From an uncultured Acidimicrobiaceae bacterium (GTDB taxonomy: Bacteria; Actinomycetota; Acidimicrobiia; Acidimicrobiales; RAAP-2): 64,000 nucleotides of DNA. Numbering within the stretch: position 1 is the first letter of the stretch; every line of letters starts with the position of its first letter. This document shows, one piece after another, positions 48,829 to 59,117 of this stretch. A program made the translations under genes and the position numbers. The notes under the pieces are model-generated. The model saw only the letters and a list, made by a program, of their open reading frames with translations. It was not told where the DNA came from and searched no databases. Where the stretch lies: assembly GCA_963730395.1 (NCBI GenBank), contig CAVSSK010000004.1, positions 194,110 through 258,109 on the forward strand, given 5' to 3'.

Positions 48829-49512
48829 ATGCTCGGAGTGCTGCTTGACGTTGGCGGGGTGTTCCTCGTGCCAAGTCGAGAGCGATTGGTCGAAGCACTA
48901 GGTGAACTGATCGGCGGTGTGTCGGACGCCCAGTACGATCGGGCGCATTTCGAGGGTATTCATGCCCTCGATGTGGCCAACGTGCCAGGCAATGAGGATC
49001 GGCGCATCTACCTCAGCGCCTATCTCTCATCGATGGAGATTCCCGAGGATCAACTTGAAGGCGCAGTTGACACCCTGATCCCTGTGTGGAGCGGTCCGTC
49101 ACTCGACTTGTGGCGGCGTGTCCTGAGCAGGTCGATCGCTGGATTGTGGACCCTCCACCGAGCGAATCTCAGATTGGGAATAGTGAGTAACTCTGACGGT
49201 CACGTCGAAGAGGAGATGGTTCGAAACGAGATCTGCCAGGTAGGGCCGGGACCAGGCGTACCTGTCCAAGCGATCATTGATTCTGGCGTCGTTGGTATCG
49301 CAAAACCGGATCCAACCATTTTCGATTTTGCGCTTCCTTCCCTTGAACTGGACCCTTCCGAAGTGATCTACGTGGGTGACAGTGTGAAGTACGACGTTCG
49401 CTCAGCCGAAGCCGCCGGAATGACACCCTTGCACAATGATCCCTTCGGGCTTTGTGAGGATACGGATGATGGCCATGTCGCACACCTTGGTGAGGTGCTC
49501 AACAAGGTGTGA
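48829..49512 (+). CDS. HAD-superfamily hydrolase
   Basis: MLGVLLDVGGVF (motif I, DxG variant), ...IVSNSDG..., ...KPDPTIF..., ...YVGDSVKYDV... The ATG at 48829 lies inside the longer track ORF. Confidence 0.65.
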   Translation: MLGVLLDVGGVFLVPSRERLVEALGELIGGVSDAQYDRAHFEGIHALDVANVPGNEDRRIYLSAYLSSMEIPEDQLEGAVDTLIPVWSGPSLDLWRRVLSRSIAGLWTLHRANLRLGIVSNSDGHVEEEMVRNEICQVGPGPGVPVQAIIDSGVVGIAKPDPTIFDFALPSLELDPSEVIYVGDSVKYDVRSAEAAGMTPLHNDPFGLCEDTDDGHVAHLGEVLNKV

Positions 49513-49601
49513 GTTGTCTCAGGAACGCGACCGAACCGTCGTATGAAACTGTCCCCTACCGCCGGGACGGTGGGGCAGTTTCGGCACGGTGGATCGCTGA
49601 G

Positions 49602-50285
49602 TCATTGGGGTTTGAGCGCCCTCACAGCCAGCACGCTAGGAATCGGCTCCCCGCCTTCGGTGAAGCTGTCGAGCACAAATCGAGCCTCAACGAACGAGCG
49701 GAGCAGATTGGGCAAGGGCATGTGCGTTGCTCCAACCTTGTCCCTTAGGCCCCGGTCCGTCCATGATGCCGTCGTCCAGTGACTATCGAGATAGCCGGGA
49801 CGGACGATGATGGCTTCCGGATCTGTGCGATCGGCGAAACCACCGCAGAAACATGGGTGAACCCCGATGTGGACAAAGCAGCCGCCAGGTGCGAGGACTC
49901 GCCAGGCCTCTCGGATGACGGCCGCATAGTCGGACACATCAGTGTGAATCATGACGGCCACCACGCACACGAACGCGGCGTCCCCGAACGGGAGACACTC
50001 GCCATCGGCCTGCGCGATTGGAAGCCGGGTGCCAGCGTGTCGCAGCATCCCGGCCGAGAGGTCGATGCCGAGGGGCGACCAGCCCAGCCGACGAATCCGT
50101 GCAGCGTGTGTCCCAGTGCCACAGCCGATTTCAAGACAGACGCCGACGCCTTGTCCGAGCATTTCGCATAGACATCCATCGACACCGATGGGATCGCTCA
50201 TTGGTAGGCCGTCATCGGACCGGTCGCTCAGAAACTCGTTCTCGTACCAGTCCGCGATCGCGTCATATGACGCAGGCATATCCAT
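49602..50285 (-). CDS. Class I SAM-dependent methyltransferase
   Basis: ...VCLEIGCGTGTHA..., ...GIDLSAGML..., ...LAPGGCFV... Confidence 0.75.
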   Translation of the reverse strand: MDMPASYDAIADWYENEFLSDRSDDGLPMSDPIGVDGCLCEMLGQGVGVCLEIGCGTGTHAARIRRLGWSPLGIDLSAGMLRHAGTRLPIAQADGECLPFGDAAFVCVVAVMIHTDVSDYAAVIREAWRVLAPGGCFVHIGVHPCFCGGFADRTDPEAIIVRPGYLDSHWTTASWTDRGLRDKVGATHMPLPNLLRSFVEARFVLDSFTEGGEPIPSVLAVRALKPQ

Positions 50286-50508
50286 TCCTCTAGCTGCTTC
50301 AGTCTTGGGGGACCTCGAACCGAGGCTAATCGCGTCACCAGTCGGCTGCCCCGATGCGCAGGAGGTGGTATCCCCGTTCGACGGGACAGGGTGCCACTGT
50401 GCGGCTGCACCATGGGGACACCCTTCGCCGGGTATGAGTGCTGCTTACCAAGTACAATCTGGGAGCTGAAGCGATCCTCTGCTTCGGAAGAAGGAGGTTG
50501 CGAAAGTA

Positions 50509-50757
50509 GTGGGACCGGACCTGCTAATCGCATTGCTCGTTCTTTTCCTAGGTATTGGTGTGCCTCTGTGGGCGGTCATTGACGCAGCCAATCGACCCGC
50601 GGTTGCGTTTTACGCGGCAGGTTCTAATAAAACAGCCTGGATTGCGGTGATCGTGGTCGCCTTTCTATTGGGCGTCGGTCTTTTCCTCGGCGGCTTCTAT
50701 TTGCTCTTCACCCGGCCAAAGGTTCGCCGACAGGTGGGCTCACTCAGCTATAGGTAG
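50509..50757 (+). CDS. DUF2516-like small membrane protein
   Basis: 82 aa with two TM helices, ...PLWAVIDAANRPAVAFYAAGSNKTAWIAVIV... GAAGGAGG lies ~13 nt upstream of the GTG. Confidence 0.55.
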   Translation: MGPDLLIALLVLFLGIGVPLWAVIDAANRPAVAFYAAGSNKTAWIAVIVVAFLLGVGLFLGGFYLLFTRPKVRRQVGSLSYR

Positions 50758-50798
50758 CCTTCCTGCCCCGTCCGCCGGGTTGGGGTCTTGCCACGCAG

Positions 50799-51017
50799 TC
50801 ACACGGGACGGACCCACTTTGCCCGCCACTGGCATCCGTCTTGCTCGAAGTCGTCCAACCACTCGAACTCAACCGAGCTACCCGGTACCAAATCTCGATA
50901 GCCATCGATGCCTGTGATGTTCGAGAAGTGAACGAAACCGACACCCGGTCGGTCGGGAGCCGTGATTGCGCCCCACCCCTCCTCGTCGTGCCAGAAAGCG
51001 ACGGTCGCAAGCGCCAT
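50799..51017 (-). CDS. Cold-shock-domain-like small protein
   Basis: MALATVAFWHDEEGWGAITAPDRPGVGFVHFSNITGIDGYRDLVPGSSVEFEW... Confidence 0.55.
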   Translation of the reverse strand: MALATVAFWHDEEGWGAITAPDRPGVGFVHFSNITGIDGYRDLVPGSSVEFEWLDDFEQDGCQWRAKWVRPV

Positions 51018-51122
51018 GAGAAGGATCGTATTGCTCACCTGCCAGGTGCCCCACTTCACCGCCGGGACCGGGTGCCACCCAGACACATGTGGCTTGAGCA
51101 TTGGGTGCGCCAAGATATAAAT

Positions 51123-51689
51123 ATGCCTTCGACCGAAACTCGGCCGCTTCTTGTCTTGGTATCGGGTGCGCCCGGCTCAGGGAAGACCACCTTGGCCAAT
51201 CAACTCGCAAGAGAATTGAATTTGCCTCACTTGAATCGTGATGAAATCTGGGAGGGATTGCGATTCACTGTCAAGCGTGGCGCACCGGAGCCTATCGGGC
51301 GTCGAGGTGTCTTAGCAGAGTACGGAGCGCTAGAGCATTTGCTCGCTGTCGGAGTCAGCCTGGTGGCAGACGGAACGCTGTATCGAGGGGAATTTGAGAG
51401 CGACGTTCGTCGTCTTCGTGATCTCGCCGAGGTGATCAATGTCCATTGCCGAGCGGCTAATGCTTCAGAGCGCTACCGGGACAGACAGCTAGCGGAGGAA
51501 CTCCCTCAGCAGCTGTTCGATCAACAGATGAAACGGCTTGCCCAGATTCAAGACTTAGTGTGTGAACCGCTCGATCTTGGGTGCGAATTCGTAGAGGTGA
51601 ATACCGAAGATGGTCTCAAACCTTCACTTGCTGAGATCATCGACACTCTTACTCGATCGGCCCACCCCAGGAGTGGTGCCATGAGGTGA
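51123..51689 (+). CDS. P-loop NTPase / kinase (AAA_33 / zeta-toxin-like fold)
   Basis: Walker A ...LVLVSGAPGSGKTTLANQLA... 188 aa. Confidence 0.65.
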   Translation: MPSTETRPLLVLVSGAPGSGKTTLANQLARELNLPHLNRDEIWEGLRFTVKRGAPEPIGRRGVLAEYGALEHLLAVGVSLVADGTLYRGEFESDVRRLRDLAEVINVHCRAANASERYRDRQLAEELPQQLFDQQMKRLAQIQDLVCEPLDLGCEFVEVNTEDGLKPSLAEIIDTLTRSAHPRSGAMR

Positions 51690-51905
51690 CCGAGTGTGCC
51701 CTATCGCCGACTGAGGGGCACGGTTCCATCAGCGTTTACTCTCGGTCCGTGCTGAGGCTTCGAGGGGACGGGGTCCTGCTTCGAGACTTCCTCCCGATGG
51801 TGGACGGGTCGGCATGAGCACGCGGATTTAGACCTCCTTGTGACCAATCTGTGACCATTGACCGATTCTCGGCAGCGCTCACTTGCCGTTACCTGCGAAA
51901 ACGCA

Positions 51906-51927
51906 GTGCCCGGAGCGGGACTCGAAC
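51906..51927. repeat. Proximal copy of the 22-bp direct repeat (within the tRNA-Leu 3' end)
   Basis: Identical to 40530-40551. Confidence 0.75.
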
Positions 51928-51989
51928 CCGCACGCCCTTTCGGACAGCGGCTTTTGAGGCCGCCGCGTCTGCCGTTCCGCCATCCGGGC
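51907..51989 (-). tRNA. tRNA-Leu (anticodon CAA), class II with a long variable arm, no encoded CCA
   Basis: Hand fold of the reverse complement: GCCCGGA-TG-GCGG..CGC-G-GCGGC-CTCAAAA-GCCGC-TGTCCGAAAGGGCGT-GCGGG-TTCGAGT-CCCGC-TCCGGGC-A. Confidence 0.85.
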
Positions 51990-52047
51990 GGGAACGCTCG
52001 ATCGTACAAGCTGCGATCTACGGTGAAGGGGTGGGAGCCCCCGCACC

Positions 52048-53205
52048 ATGAAGCTCGCCGGCGTCGAGCTGGTCCGGGTCGAGATCCCCTTCCGCACCGA
52101 GATCGGCACCGCCGGCGGCGTGCACCGCATGCGCCCGCTGCTCTTCGTGCACGTGGTGGGCGACGAGGGCGAGGGGTGGGGCGAGTGCGCCGCGCTGGCC
52201 CGGGGCACCTCCGTCGATCCCCCGCTCGACGAGGTGGAGCAGGCGGCCGCGGTGCGCGGGGTGGCCCGCCTGTGCGGCGCCTCCCGGGCCCGGGGCGGGC
52301 ACCTGCCCACCGGGGCCGAGGTGCCCCAGCTCTTCGCCGGCTCCCCGGTGGACCGCATGCTCGCCGCCACCTTCGAGATGGCGGTGTGGGACGCCGAGCT
52401 GCGCGCCGAGGGCCGCTCCATGGCCGAGGCGCTCGGCACCGGGCCCGGCTTCGACGCCATGCCGGTGGGCGCCGTCGTCGGCATCCCGGCGGACCGCGAG
52501 CTCGACACGCTGCGCCAGGAGGTCGCCGCCACGGTGGCCGCCGGCACGGCCCGCGTCCGCCTCAAGATCGAGCCGGGGTGGGAGCTGGCGCCGGTGCGCG
52601 CCGTGCGGGAGGACCATCCCGGCCTCGTGCTCCAGGTCGACGCCAACGGGTCCTTCCGCGGCACCGACGAGGACGTCGAGGTCCTGCGCCACCTGGCCGA
52701 CTTCGACGTGCTCTGCATCGAGCAACCGCTCCCCCCGGCCGACCTCGTGGCCCATGCCGAGCTGGCGCGCCTCCTGCCGGTCCCCATCTGCCTCGACGAG
52801 TCGCTGTCCACGCCGCGCCGTGTCCTCGACGCCGTGCGCAACGGGGCGTGCGCCATGGCCTGCCTGAAGCCCGCCCGCCTCGGCGGCGCGCGCGCCACCT
52901 GGGCTGCGCACGCGGCGTGCGCGGCGGCCGGCGTCCCGGTCTTCGTGGGCGGCTTCTTCGAGGCGGGGCTCGGCCGCGCCTCCAACCTGGCCCTGGCCGC
53001 CCGCCTCAGCGAGGACGCGACCGGCCTGGTCAGCGACCTGGGCGACCCGGCCGACTACCTCGCCGTGGACCCCTGTGGCTACCCCCCGGTCGTGCGCGGG
53101 TGGGTGCGGGTCCCCGGCCTGCCGGGCGTGGGGAACTGGCCCGACGAGACGGCCCTGGGCAGGCTCGATGCGCAGCGTCGCTGGTTCCCCGCCACGTACA
53201 CTTGA
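52048..53205 (+). CDS. menC: o-Succinylbenzoate synthase / enolase-superfamily (MR/MLE) enzyme
   Basis: MKLAGVELVRVEIPFRTEIGTAGG...GEGWGECAA..., ...LKIEPGW..., ...VDANGSF..., ...IEQPL..., ...CLDES... Other men genes are present in the window. Confidence 0.65.
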   Translation: MKLAGVELVRVEIPFRTEIGTAGGVHRMRPLLFVHVVGDEGEGWGECAALARGTSVDPPLDEVEQAAAVRGVARLCGASRARGGHLPTGAEVPQLFAGSPVDRMLAATFEMAVWDAELRAEGRSMAEALGTGPGFDAMPVGAVVGIPADRELDTLRQEVAATVAAGTARVRLKIEPGWELAPVRAVREDHPGLVLQVDANGSFRGTDEDVEVLRHLADFDVLCIEQPLPPADLVAHAELARLLPVPICLDESLSTPRRVLDAVRNGACAMACLKPARLGGARATWAAHAACAAAGVPVFVGGFFEAGLGRASNLALAARLSEDATGLVSDLGDPADYLAVDPCGYPPVVRGWVRVPGLPGVGNWPDETALGRLDAQRRWFPATYT

Positions 53206-53211
53206 CGCTCC

Positions 53212-53505
53212 ATGCATCGAGTCCTGCTGGAACGGCGGATCAGGGACGTCCACGCCCGGCTCGTGCGGGCGCGGGAGGAGCTCGCCGTGCTCGACGAGCA
53301 GCTGGCGGTCGTCCAGGAGGAGGCCGACGAGGCCCGCGTGCGCGCCCTGGTCTCGGAGACCCCGCTGGCCACCCACGAGCACAACGAGGCCGTGCGCCAC
53401 GCCGACGCCATGGGGAACGCGCGCGAGGCGTTGGTGAAGACGGTGGTCGACCTCGAGCGCAGACAGGACGAGCTCCTGGCCCACGTGGCCTCGGGCAAGC
53501 AGTGA
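53212..53505 (+). CDS. 97-aa coiled-coil hypothetical protein
   Basis: Heptad-like ...RLVRAREELAVLDEQLAVVQEEADEARV... No family recognised. Confidence 0.4.
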   Translation: MHRVLLERRIRDVHARLVRAREELAVLDEQLAVVQEEADEARVRALVSETPLATHEHNEAVRHADAMGNAREALVKTVVDLERRQDELLAHVASGKQ

Positions 53506-53527
53506 CGACGCGGCGAGGGACCCCGCG

Positions 53528-54136
53528 GTGACGGACACCGGAGAGGGCGGGACGAGCCCCGCCCGCGTGGTGATCGCCGAGGACGAGGCCATCGTGCGCC
53601 TCGACCTCAAGGAGATCCTCGTCTCGGCCGGCTACGACGTGGTCGGGGAGACGGGCCGTGGGGACGAGGCGGTGCAGCTGGTCGCGGAGCACCAGCCCGA
53701 CCTGGCCATCCTCGACGTGAAGATGCCGGGGATGGACGGCCTGCGCGCCGCCCGTGAGATCACCTCGCGCCATCAGGCCGTGGTGCTCCTCCTGACGGCC
53801 TTCAGCCAGCGCGACCTCATCGAGGAGGCCCGGGACTCGGGGGTGTCGGCCTACCTCGTCAAGCCGTTCCAGCCCCGCGAGCTCCTGCCGGCCATCGCCG
53901 ACGTCCTGGCCAAGGCCCGCCAGGACCGGGCCATCGAGGCCGAGCATCCCGGAGACGGCGCCGAGGACAAGATCGCCACCCGCCGGCTGGTCGACGAGGC
54001 GAAGCAGATCCTGATGGACCGGGACGACCTGCCCGAGACGGAGGCGTTCAGCTTCATCCAGCGCACGGCCATGCAGACCCGGGCGCGCATGCGCGACGTC
54101 GCCCAACAGGTCGTGGACGGCACACTCACCCCGTAG
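53528..54136 (+). CDS. pdtaR: ANTAR-domain response regulator (PdtaR-like)
   Basis: REC domain (VVIAEDEAIVRLDLKE...LDVKMPGMDG...LVKPF) plus C-terminal ANTAR (...LVDEAKQILMDRDDLPETEAFSFIQRTAMQTRARMRDVA). Confidence 0.85.
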   Translation: MTDTGEGGTSPARVVIAEDEAIVRLDLKEILVSAGYDVVGETGRGDEAVQLVAEHQPDLAILDVKMPGMDGLRAAREITSRHQAVVLLLTAFSQRDLIEEARDSGVSAYLVKPFQPRELLPAIADVLAKARQDRAIEAEHPGDGAEDKIATRRLVDEAKQILMDRDDLPETEAFSFIQRTAMQTRARMRDVAQQVVDGTLTP

Positions 54137-54145
54137 AGTCGGCCC

Positions 54146-56905
54146 ATGGCGACACGCCAGGAGCGTCCCGGCCCCCTGCTGCTGCTCGATGGCATGTCGC
54201 TCGCCTTCCGCGCCTACTTCGCGCTGCCCGACACCCTGGCGACGTCGACCGGCCTCGTCACCAACGCGGTGCACGGCTTCACGTCCATGCTCGTCTACCT
54301 GATCCGTGAGCAGAAGCCGTCCGCCCTGGCGGTGGCCTTCGACCACCCGGGCGAGACCTTCCGCGACGAGATGAACGCGGACTACAAGGCGGGCCGGGCC
54401 GAGACCCCGCACCTGCTGCCGCCGCAGTTCGACATGATCCGTGACGTCATGGGCGCCCTGGCCATCCCCGTCGTCGAGGCCGAGGGCTTCGAGGCGGACG
54501 ACGTCATCGCGACCCTGGCCACCGAGGCCGCCGAACGGGGCTGCGAGGTCGTGATCGTGACCGGCGACCGCGACAGCTTCCAGCTCGTCCGCGACCCCTA
54601 CGTCCGGGTGCTCTACAACAAGCGGGGCGTGAGCGACTACGCGCTCTACGACGAGGCGGGCATCGTCGCCCGCACGGGCGTGCCCCCGACGCAGTACGTG
54701 CTGCTCGCCGCGTTGCGCGGGGACCCCTCGGACAACCTGCCCGGCGTGCCCGGGGTGGGGGAGAAGACCGCCGCCAAGCTCCTCACGACCTACGGCGACC
54801 TCGACGGCATCTTCTCGCACCTGGGCGACATGACGCCGAAGCTGCGCGAGAACCTGACCGCCCACGAGGAGCTGGCCCGGGCCAACGCGCGCATCATCCC
54901 GCTGGTGCGGGACGTGCCGCTCGAGGTGGACGTGGCGCACATCGACCTGGGTGGCTGGGACCGCGCCACCGCCGAGGCCACCTTCGAGCGCTACGAGATG
55001 AAGACGGTCTGGCAGCGCATGGAGGAGCTCCTCGATGCCGGCGCCTTGGGGGACCCTGTGCCGGGCAGCGCCGGCCCGTCGGCGAAGGGGGGCACAACGG
55101 GTGTGGCCGCCGCCCCGGCCGGTGCCGGGACCGTGCCGGCGGGACCCGCCGAGCCCGCCCTCGAGCTGCGTGACGTGGCGCTGCCCACGACGGCGGCGGA
55201 GGTCACCAAGTCCCTCGACGAGCTGGGCGACGGCGAGCTGGCCCTGGCCGCCCGCTGGAACGGGATGCCCGGGCGCAGCGAGCTGGTGGAGCTGGTCCTG
55301 GTGGCCACCGAGGGCGAGGAGGCCGGCCTCGGGGTCATGGTGCCGGGCGACCTCCTCGGTGCGCCGCCGGTGGTCGAGAAGCTCTCCACGGTGCTGGCCC
55401 GCCCCGTCCTCGGCCACGACGTCAAGGAGGCCATGCGGTCGCTGCTCCCGCTCGGCATCGACCTCACGGGGCTCCGGATGGACACGGCGGTGGCGGCGTA
55501 CCTGCTCGACGCCTCGACGGGCGAGTACGAACTGGCGCAGCTGCGCGAGCAGACGGGCCAGCTCACGCTCGACATCGTGGAGCCCGGCACCGACGCCGGC
55601 GACATCGCCCGGGAGGCGGCCGGCGAGGCGGCCGACGTGGTCGCCATGGCCAAGGGCTTCCGCCGGCGCCTCGCCTCCGAGGACATGGCCATGCTGCACG
55701 ACGACATCGAGACGCCGCTGGTGCGGGTGCTGGCGAAGATGGAGGTGGCCGGGATCGGCATCGACCGGGCCGAGCTGCAGGCGATCGCCGACTCTCTCAA
55801 GGCGTCGGCGGCCACGCTCCAGGCCGAGGTGGTGGAGTGCGCCGGCCACGAGTTCAACGTGAACTCCACCCCGCAGTTGCGCTCGGTGCTCTACGACGAG
55901 CTGGGGCTCACGCCGGGCAAGAAGACGAAGACCGGGTTCTCCACCGACGCCCAGACGCTCGAGAGCCTGCGCGGCGCCCACCCGATCATCGAGGCGCTGC
56001 TCTCCTACCGCGAGGTCGAGAAGCTGCGCTCGACCTACGGCGAGAGCCTCCTCGCCGAGGTGCAGGCCGACGGCCGCATCCACGCGTCGTTCGGCCAGAC
56101 GGTGGCCCGCACCGGGCGCATCTCCTCGGACCGCCCCAACCTGCACAACATCCCGGTGCGGACCGAGCTGGGCAAGCAGTTCCGGCGGGCCTTCGTGCCG
56201 GCCGAGGGCAGCACCTTCCTGGTGGCCGACTACGACCAGGTCGAGCTGCGCTGCATCGCGCACCTCTCCGGGGACCCGGGGCTGATCGATGCGCTCACGA
56301 GCGGCTCGGACGTGCACCGGACCGTGGCCGCCGCCGTCTACGGGATCAGCCCCGAGGAGGTGACGCACACCCAGCGCGAGTTCTCCAAGATGGTCTCCTA
56401 CGGCCTCGCCTACGGCATGGAGGCCTACGGCCTGAGCCAGCGCCTGGGCGTCCCCGTGGAGGAGGCGGCCGCCATCATGGAGAGCTACTTCGGGGCCTTC
56501 CCACTGGTCAAGCAGTACATGGACCACGCCGTCGCCGACGCCAAGATCCGCGGCGCCACCCGCACCCAGTTCGGCCGGGTGCGGCCCCTGCCCGACCTGC
56601 ACTCGTCGAACTACCGGCTGCGTCAGGCGGCCGAGCGCCAGGCGATGAACGCCGGGATCCAGGGATTGGCGGCCGACATCTTCAAGCTGGCCCTGGTCCG
56701 GCTCGACCGCGACCTCGAGGCGCAGGGGCTGTCGAGCCGCCTCGTGCTCCAGGTGCACGACGAGGTCATCGTCGAGGTGTCGCCGGGGGAGGAGGACGAG
56801 GTGCGCCGCCTCACCGAGTCCGCCCTCACCGGGGCGGCGGACCTCCAGGTCCCCCTCACCATCTCGGCGGCGACGGGACCGAGCTGGGCCGCCGCCAAGG
56901 GCTGA
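54146..56905 (+). CDS. polA: DNA polymerase I
   Basis: 919 aa with a 5'-nuclease domain (...LLLLDGMSLAFRAYFAL...) and polymerase motifs ...ADYDQVELRCIAHLSGD..., ...RREFSKMVSYGLAYG..., ...LQVHDEVIVE... Confidence 0.95.
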   Translation: MATRQERPGPLLLLDGMSLAFRAYFALPDTLATSTGLVTNAVHGFTSMLVYLIREQKPSALAVAFDHPGETFRDEMNADYKAGRAETPHLLPPQFDMIRDVMGALAIPVVEAEGFEADDVIATLATEAAERGCEVVIVTGDRDSFQLVRDPYVRVLYNKRGVSDYALYDEAGIVARTGVPPTQYVLLAALRGDPSDNLPGVPGVGEKTAAKLLTTYGDLDGIFSHLGDMTPKLRENLTAHEELARANARIIPLVRDVPLEVDVAHIDLGGWDRATAEATFERYEMKTVWQRMEELLDAGALGDPVPGSAGPSAKGGTTGVAAAPAGAGTVPAGPAEPALELRDVALPTTAAEVTKSLDELGDGELALAARWNGMPGRSELVELVLVATEGEEAGLGVMVPGDLLGAPPVVEKLSTVLARPVLGHDVKEAMRSLLPLGIDLTGLRMDTAVAAYLLDASTGEYELAQLREQTGQLTLDIVEPGTDAGDIAREAAGEAADVVAMAKGFRRRLASEDMAMLHDDIETPLVRVLAKMEVAGIGIDRAELQAIADSLKASAATLQAEVVECAGHEFNVNSTPQLRSVLYDELGLTPGKKTKTGFSTDAQTLESLRGAHPIIEALLSYREVEKLRSTYGESLLAEVQADGRIHASFGQTVARTGRISSDRPNLHNIPVRTELGKQFRRAFVPAEGSTFLVADYDQVELRCIAHLSGDPGLIDALTSGSDVHRTVAAAVYGISPEEVTHTQREFSKMVSYGLAYGMEAYGLSQRLGVPVEEAAAIMESYFGAFPLVKQYMDHAVADAKIRGATRTQFGRVRPLPDLHSSNYRLRQAAERQAMNAGIQGLAADIFKLALVRLDRDLEAQGLSSRLVLQVHDEVIVEVSPGEEDEVRRLTESALTGAADLQVPLTISAATGPSWAAAKG

Positions 56906-57072
56906 GGGCGCGGGGCGGGGAGCCAGCGGGCGGGGGAGACCCCCGGTGAGCAGCTGGTACGCTCTAGCCCCTTGCCCGCCGGCACCGGCGGCGGCGCAAC
57001 CCGTATCCATCGAGAACCGACCCCGGCGCGGTCCTGCGGGCGCAAGTCGCACCCGCCGCAAGGAGCTTCACC

Positions 57073-58542
57073 ATGGCTGACGCACCCTCCACCCCCCTCC
57101 TCTCCCCCGAGGCGATGGGCAGCTTCGACGCCGAGGGCAACTACACCCCCCGCACCATCGTCGACGACGACCTGGCGGACGCCGATCTCGAGAAGGCGAT
57201 GGGCGACTCCATCATCGAGTTCGACGACGGCGACGTGATCGAGGGGACCGTGGTCAAGATCGACCGCGACGAGGTCCTGCTCGACATCGGCTTCAAGTCC
57301 GAGGGCGTCATCCCCGCCCGCGAGCTCTCCATCCGCAACGACGCGAATCCCGAGGAGATCGTGTCGCTCGGCGAGCACGTCGAGGCCCTCGTCCTGCAGA
57401 AGGAGGACAAGGAGGGGCGGCTGGTCCTCTCCAAGAAGCGGGCCCAGTACGAGCGGGCCTGGACGACGATCGAGGAGAAGAAGAACAACGGCGAGATGGT
57501 CTCGGGCCCCGTCATCGAGGTCGTCAAGGGTGGCCTCATCGTCGACATCGGGCTGCGCGGCTTCCTGCCCGCCTCGCTGGTGGAGCTGCGCCGCGTGCGC
57601 GAGCTGCAGCCGTACGTGGGCAAGGTGATCGAGGCGAAGATCATCGAGCTCGACCGCAACCGCAACAACGTCGTCCTCTCGCGGCGGGCCTGGCTGGAGG
57701 AGGCCCAGAAGGAGCAGCGGGGCGACTTCCTGCAGAACCTCAAGCCGGGGGAGCGCCGCAAGGGCGTGGTCTCCTCGGTCGTCAACTTCGGCGCCTTCGT
57801 CGACCTGGGCGGCATGGACGGCCTGGTCCACGTGTCCGAGCTCAGCTGGAAGCACGTCGACCACCCGTCGTCCGTCGTGTCGGTGGGCGACGAGATCGAG
57901 GTCGAGGTGCTCGACGTGGACCTCGACAAGGAGCGCATCAGCCTCTCGCTCAAGGCCACGCAGTCGGACCCCTGGCAGGAGTTCGCCGACTCGCACGCCG
58001 TCGGCCAGCTCGTCTACGGCCGCATCACCAAGCTCGTCCCCTTCGGCGCCTTCGTGCAGGTGGGCGACGGCATCGAGGGACTGGTCCACATCTCGGAGAT
58101 GGCCGTGCACCACGTCGACCTGCCCGAGCAGGTCGTGACGCCCGGTGAGGAGCTGTGGGTCAAGATCATCGACATCGACCTGCAGCGGCGGCGCATCTCG
58201 CTGTCGATCAAGCAGGCGGCCGAGGGTGGCGAGGTCTCCGAGGAGTATCGAGAGGCCTTCGGCGAGCACGCCTACGACGAAGAGGGCAACTACATCGGCT
58301 TCGACTACGCCGAGGGCGAGTTCACCCCCGAGACCGAGGCGCAGGCGGCCTGGGCGGACTTCGCCGAGGAGATCGGGACCCAGGTGCACCAGCCCGAGGC
58401 CGAGGAGGGCCAGGCCGCGGAGACCGCCGAGCCGGTCACTGCCGGGCCCGCTCCGGTGGAGGCGGCCGCGGCCGCCCCGGCGGAGGCGGAGTCGGAGGCG
58501 ACTCCGGCCGCTGCGGCCGACGAGACACCACCCGCAGGCTGA
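57073..58542 (+). CDS. rpsA: 30S ribosomal protein S1
   Basis: Four S1 domains (...GTVVKIDRDEVLLDIGFKSEGVIP..., ...GVVSSVVNFGAFVDLGGMDGLVHVSELS...) and an acidic C-terminal tail. AAGGAG lies upstream. Confidence 0.95.
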   Translation: MADAPSTPLLSPEAMGSFDAEGNYTPRTIVDDDLADADLEKAMGDSIIEFDDGDVIEGTVVKIDRDEVLLDIGFKSEGVIPARELSIRNDANPEEIVSLGEHVEALVLQKEDKEGRLVLSKKRAQYERAWTTIEEKKNNGEMVSGPVIEVVKGGLIVDIGLRGFLPASLVELRRVRELQPYVGKVIEAKIIELDRNRNNVVLSRRAWLEEAQKEQRGDFLQNLKPGERRKGVVSSVVNFGAFVDLGGMDGLVHVSELSWKHVDHPSSVVSVGDEIEVEVLDVDLDKERISLSLKATQSDPWQEFADSHAVGQLVYGRITKLVPFGAFVQVGDGIEGLVHISEMAVHHVDLPEQVVTPGEELWVKIIDIDLQRRRISLSIKQAAEGGEVSEEYREAFGEHAYDEEGNYIGFDYAEGEFTPETEAQAAWADFAEEIGTQVHQPEAEEGQAAETAEPVTAGPAPVEAAAAAPAEAESEATPAAAADETPPAG

Positions 58543-58592
58543 CGAGCCCGATTCCTCACGCTCGGGGGGACGCCGCGCGCTCGCCCGCCTCC

Positions 58593-59117
58593 TTGCGCCT
58601 CGTGTCCGGCGCGGTCGCGCTGGGCGCCACGCTGCTGCTGGCGGCCTGCAGCTCCGGCCCCGGGACGGCCTCGACGGCCTCCACGAGCACGAGCGCCGCC
58701 TCCACGACGACGTCAAGCGCACCGTCGCCCACCACGACCAGCTCGCCCACCTCGACGACGGTCCCGGGGGTCCCCACTCCGTTCGTGGCGATGCAGACGC
58801 CGACCGGCGGCGAGTTCCTTTCGCCCTCGGGGAACATCAGTTGCGAGGTCAATTTCAGCCCGACGAACGAGGGCGCCCTCTGCCTCACCCTCCAGCCGCC
58901 GCGTTCGGTGAACATGACGCTCGACGGGAGCTTGACCCTGTGCACGGGCATGCAGTGCCTGAGCAATGCGGGCCTGAACACCCCCACCCTGGCCTACGGG
59001 ACGGAGACGGGCGTCGGTCCCTTCCGCTGCGTGTCCGCCACGACGGGCGTCACCTGCACGGTGACGAGCGGCAAGGGCTTCGTGATCAACACGGCGGGGA
59101 TCACCCCGGTCGGCTGA
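58593..59117 (+). CDS. Lipoprotein, Ser/Thr-rich linker plus a Cys-containing globular domain
   Basis: ...VSGAVALGATLLLAACSSG lipobox. Start is the TTG at 58593 or the GTG at 58602, inside a longer track ORF. Confidence 0.5.
   Translation: MRLVSGAVALGATLLLAACSSGPGTASTASTSTSAASTTTSSAPSPTTTSSPTSTTVPGVPTPFVAMQTPTGGEFLSPSGNISCEVNFSPTNEGALCLTLQPPRSVNMTLDGSLTLCTGMQCLSNAGLNTPTLAYGTETGVGPFRCVSATTGVTCTVTSGKGFVINTAGITPVG

Noticed and set aside
51701-52009. 102-aa minus-strand ORF
   Set aside because: It overlaps the tRNA-Leu gene and the island boundary, and the translation is not protein-like.
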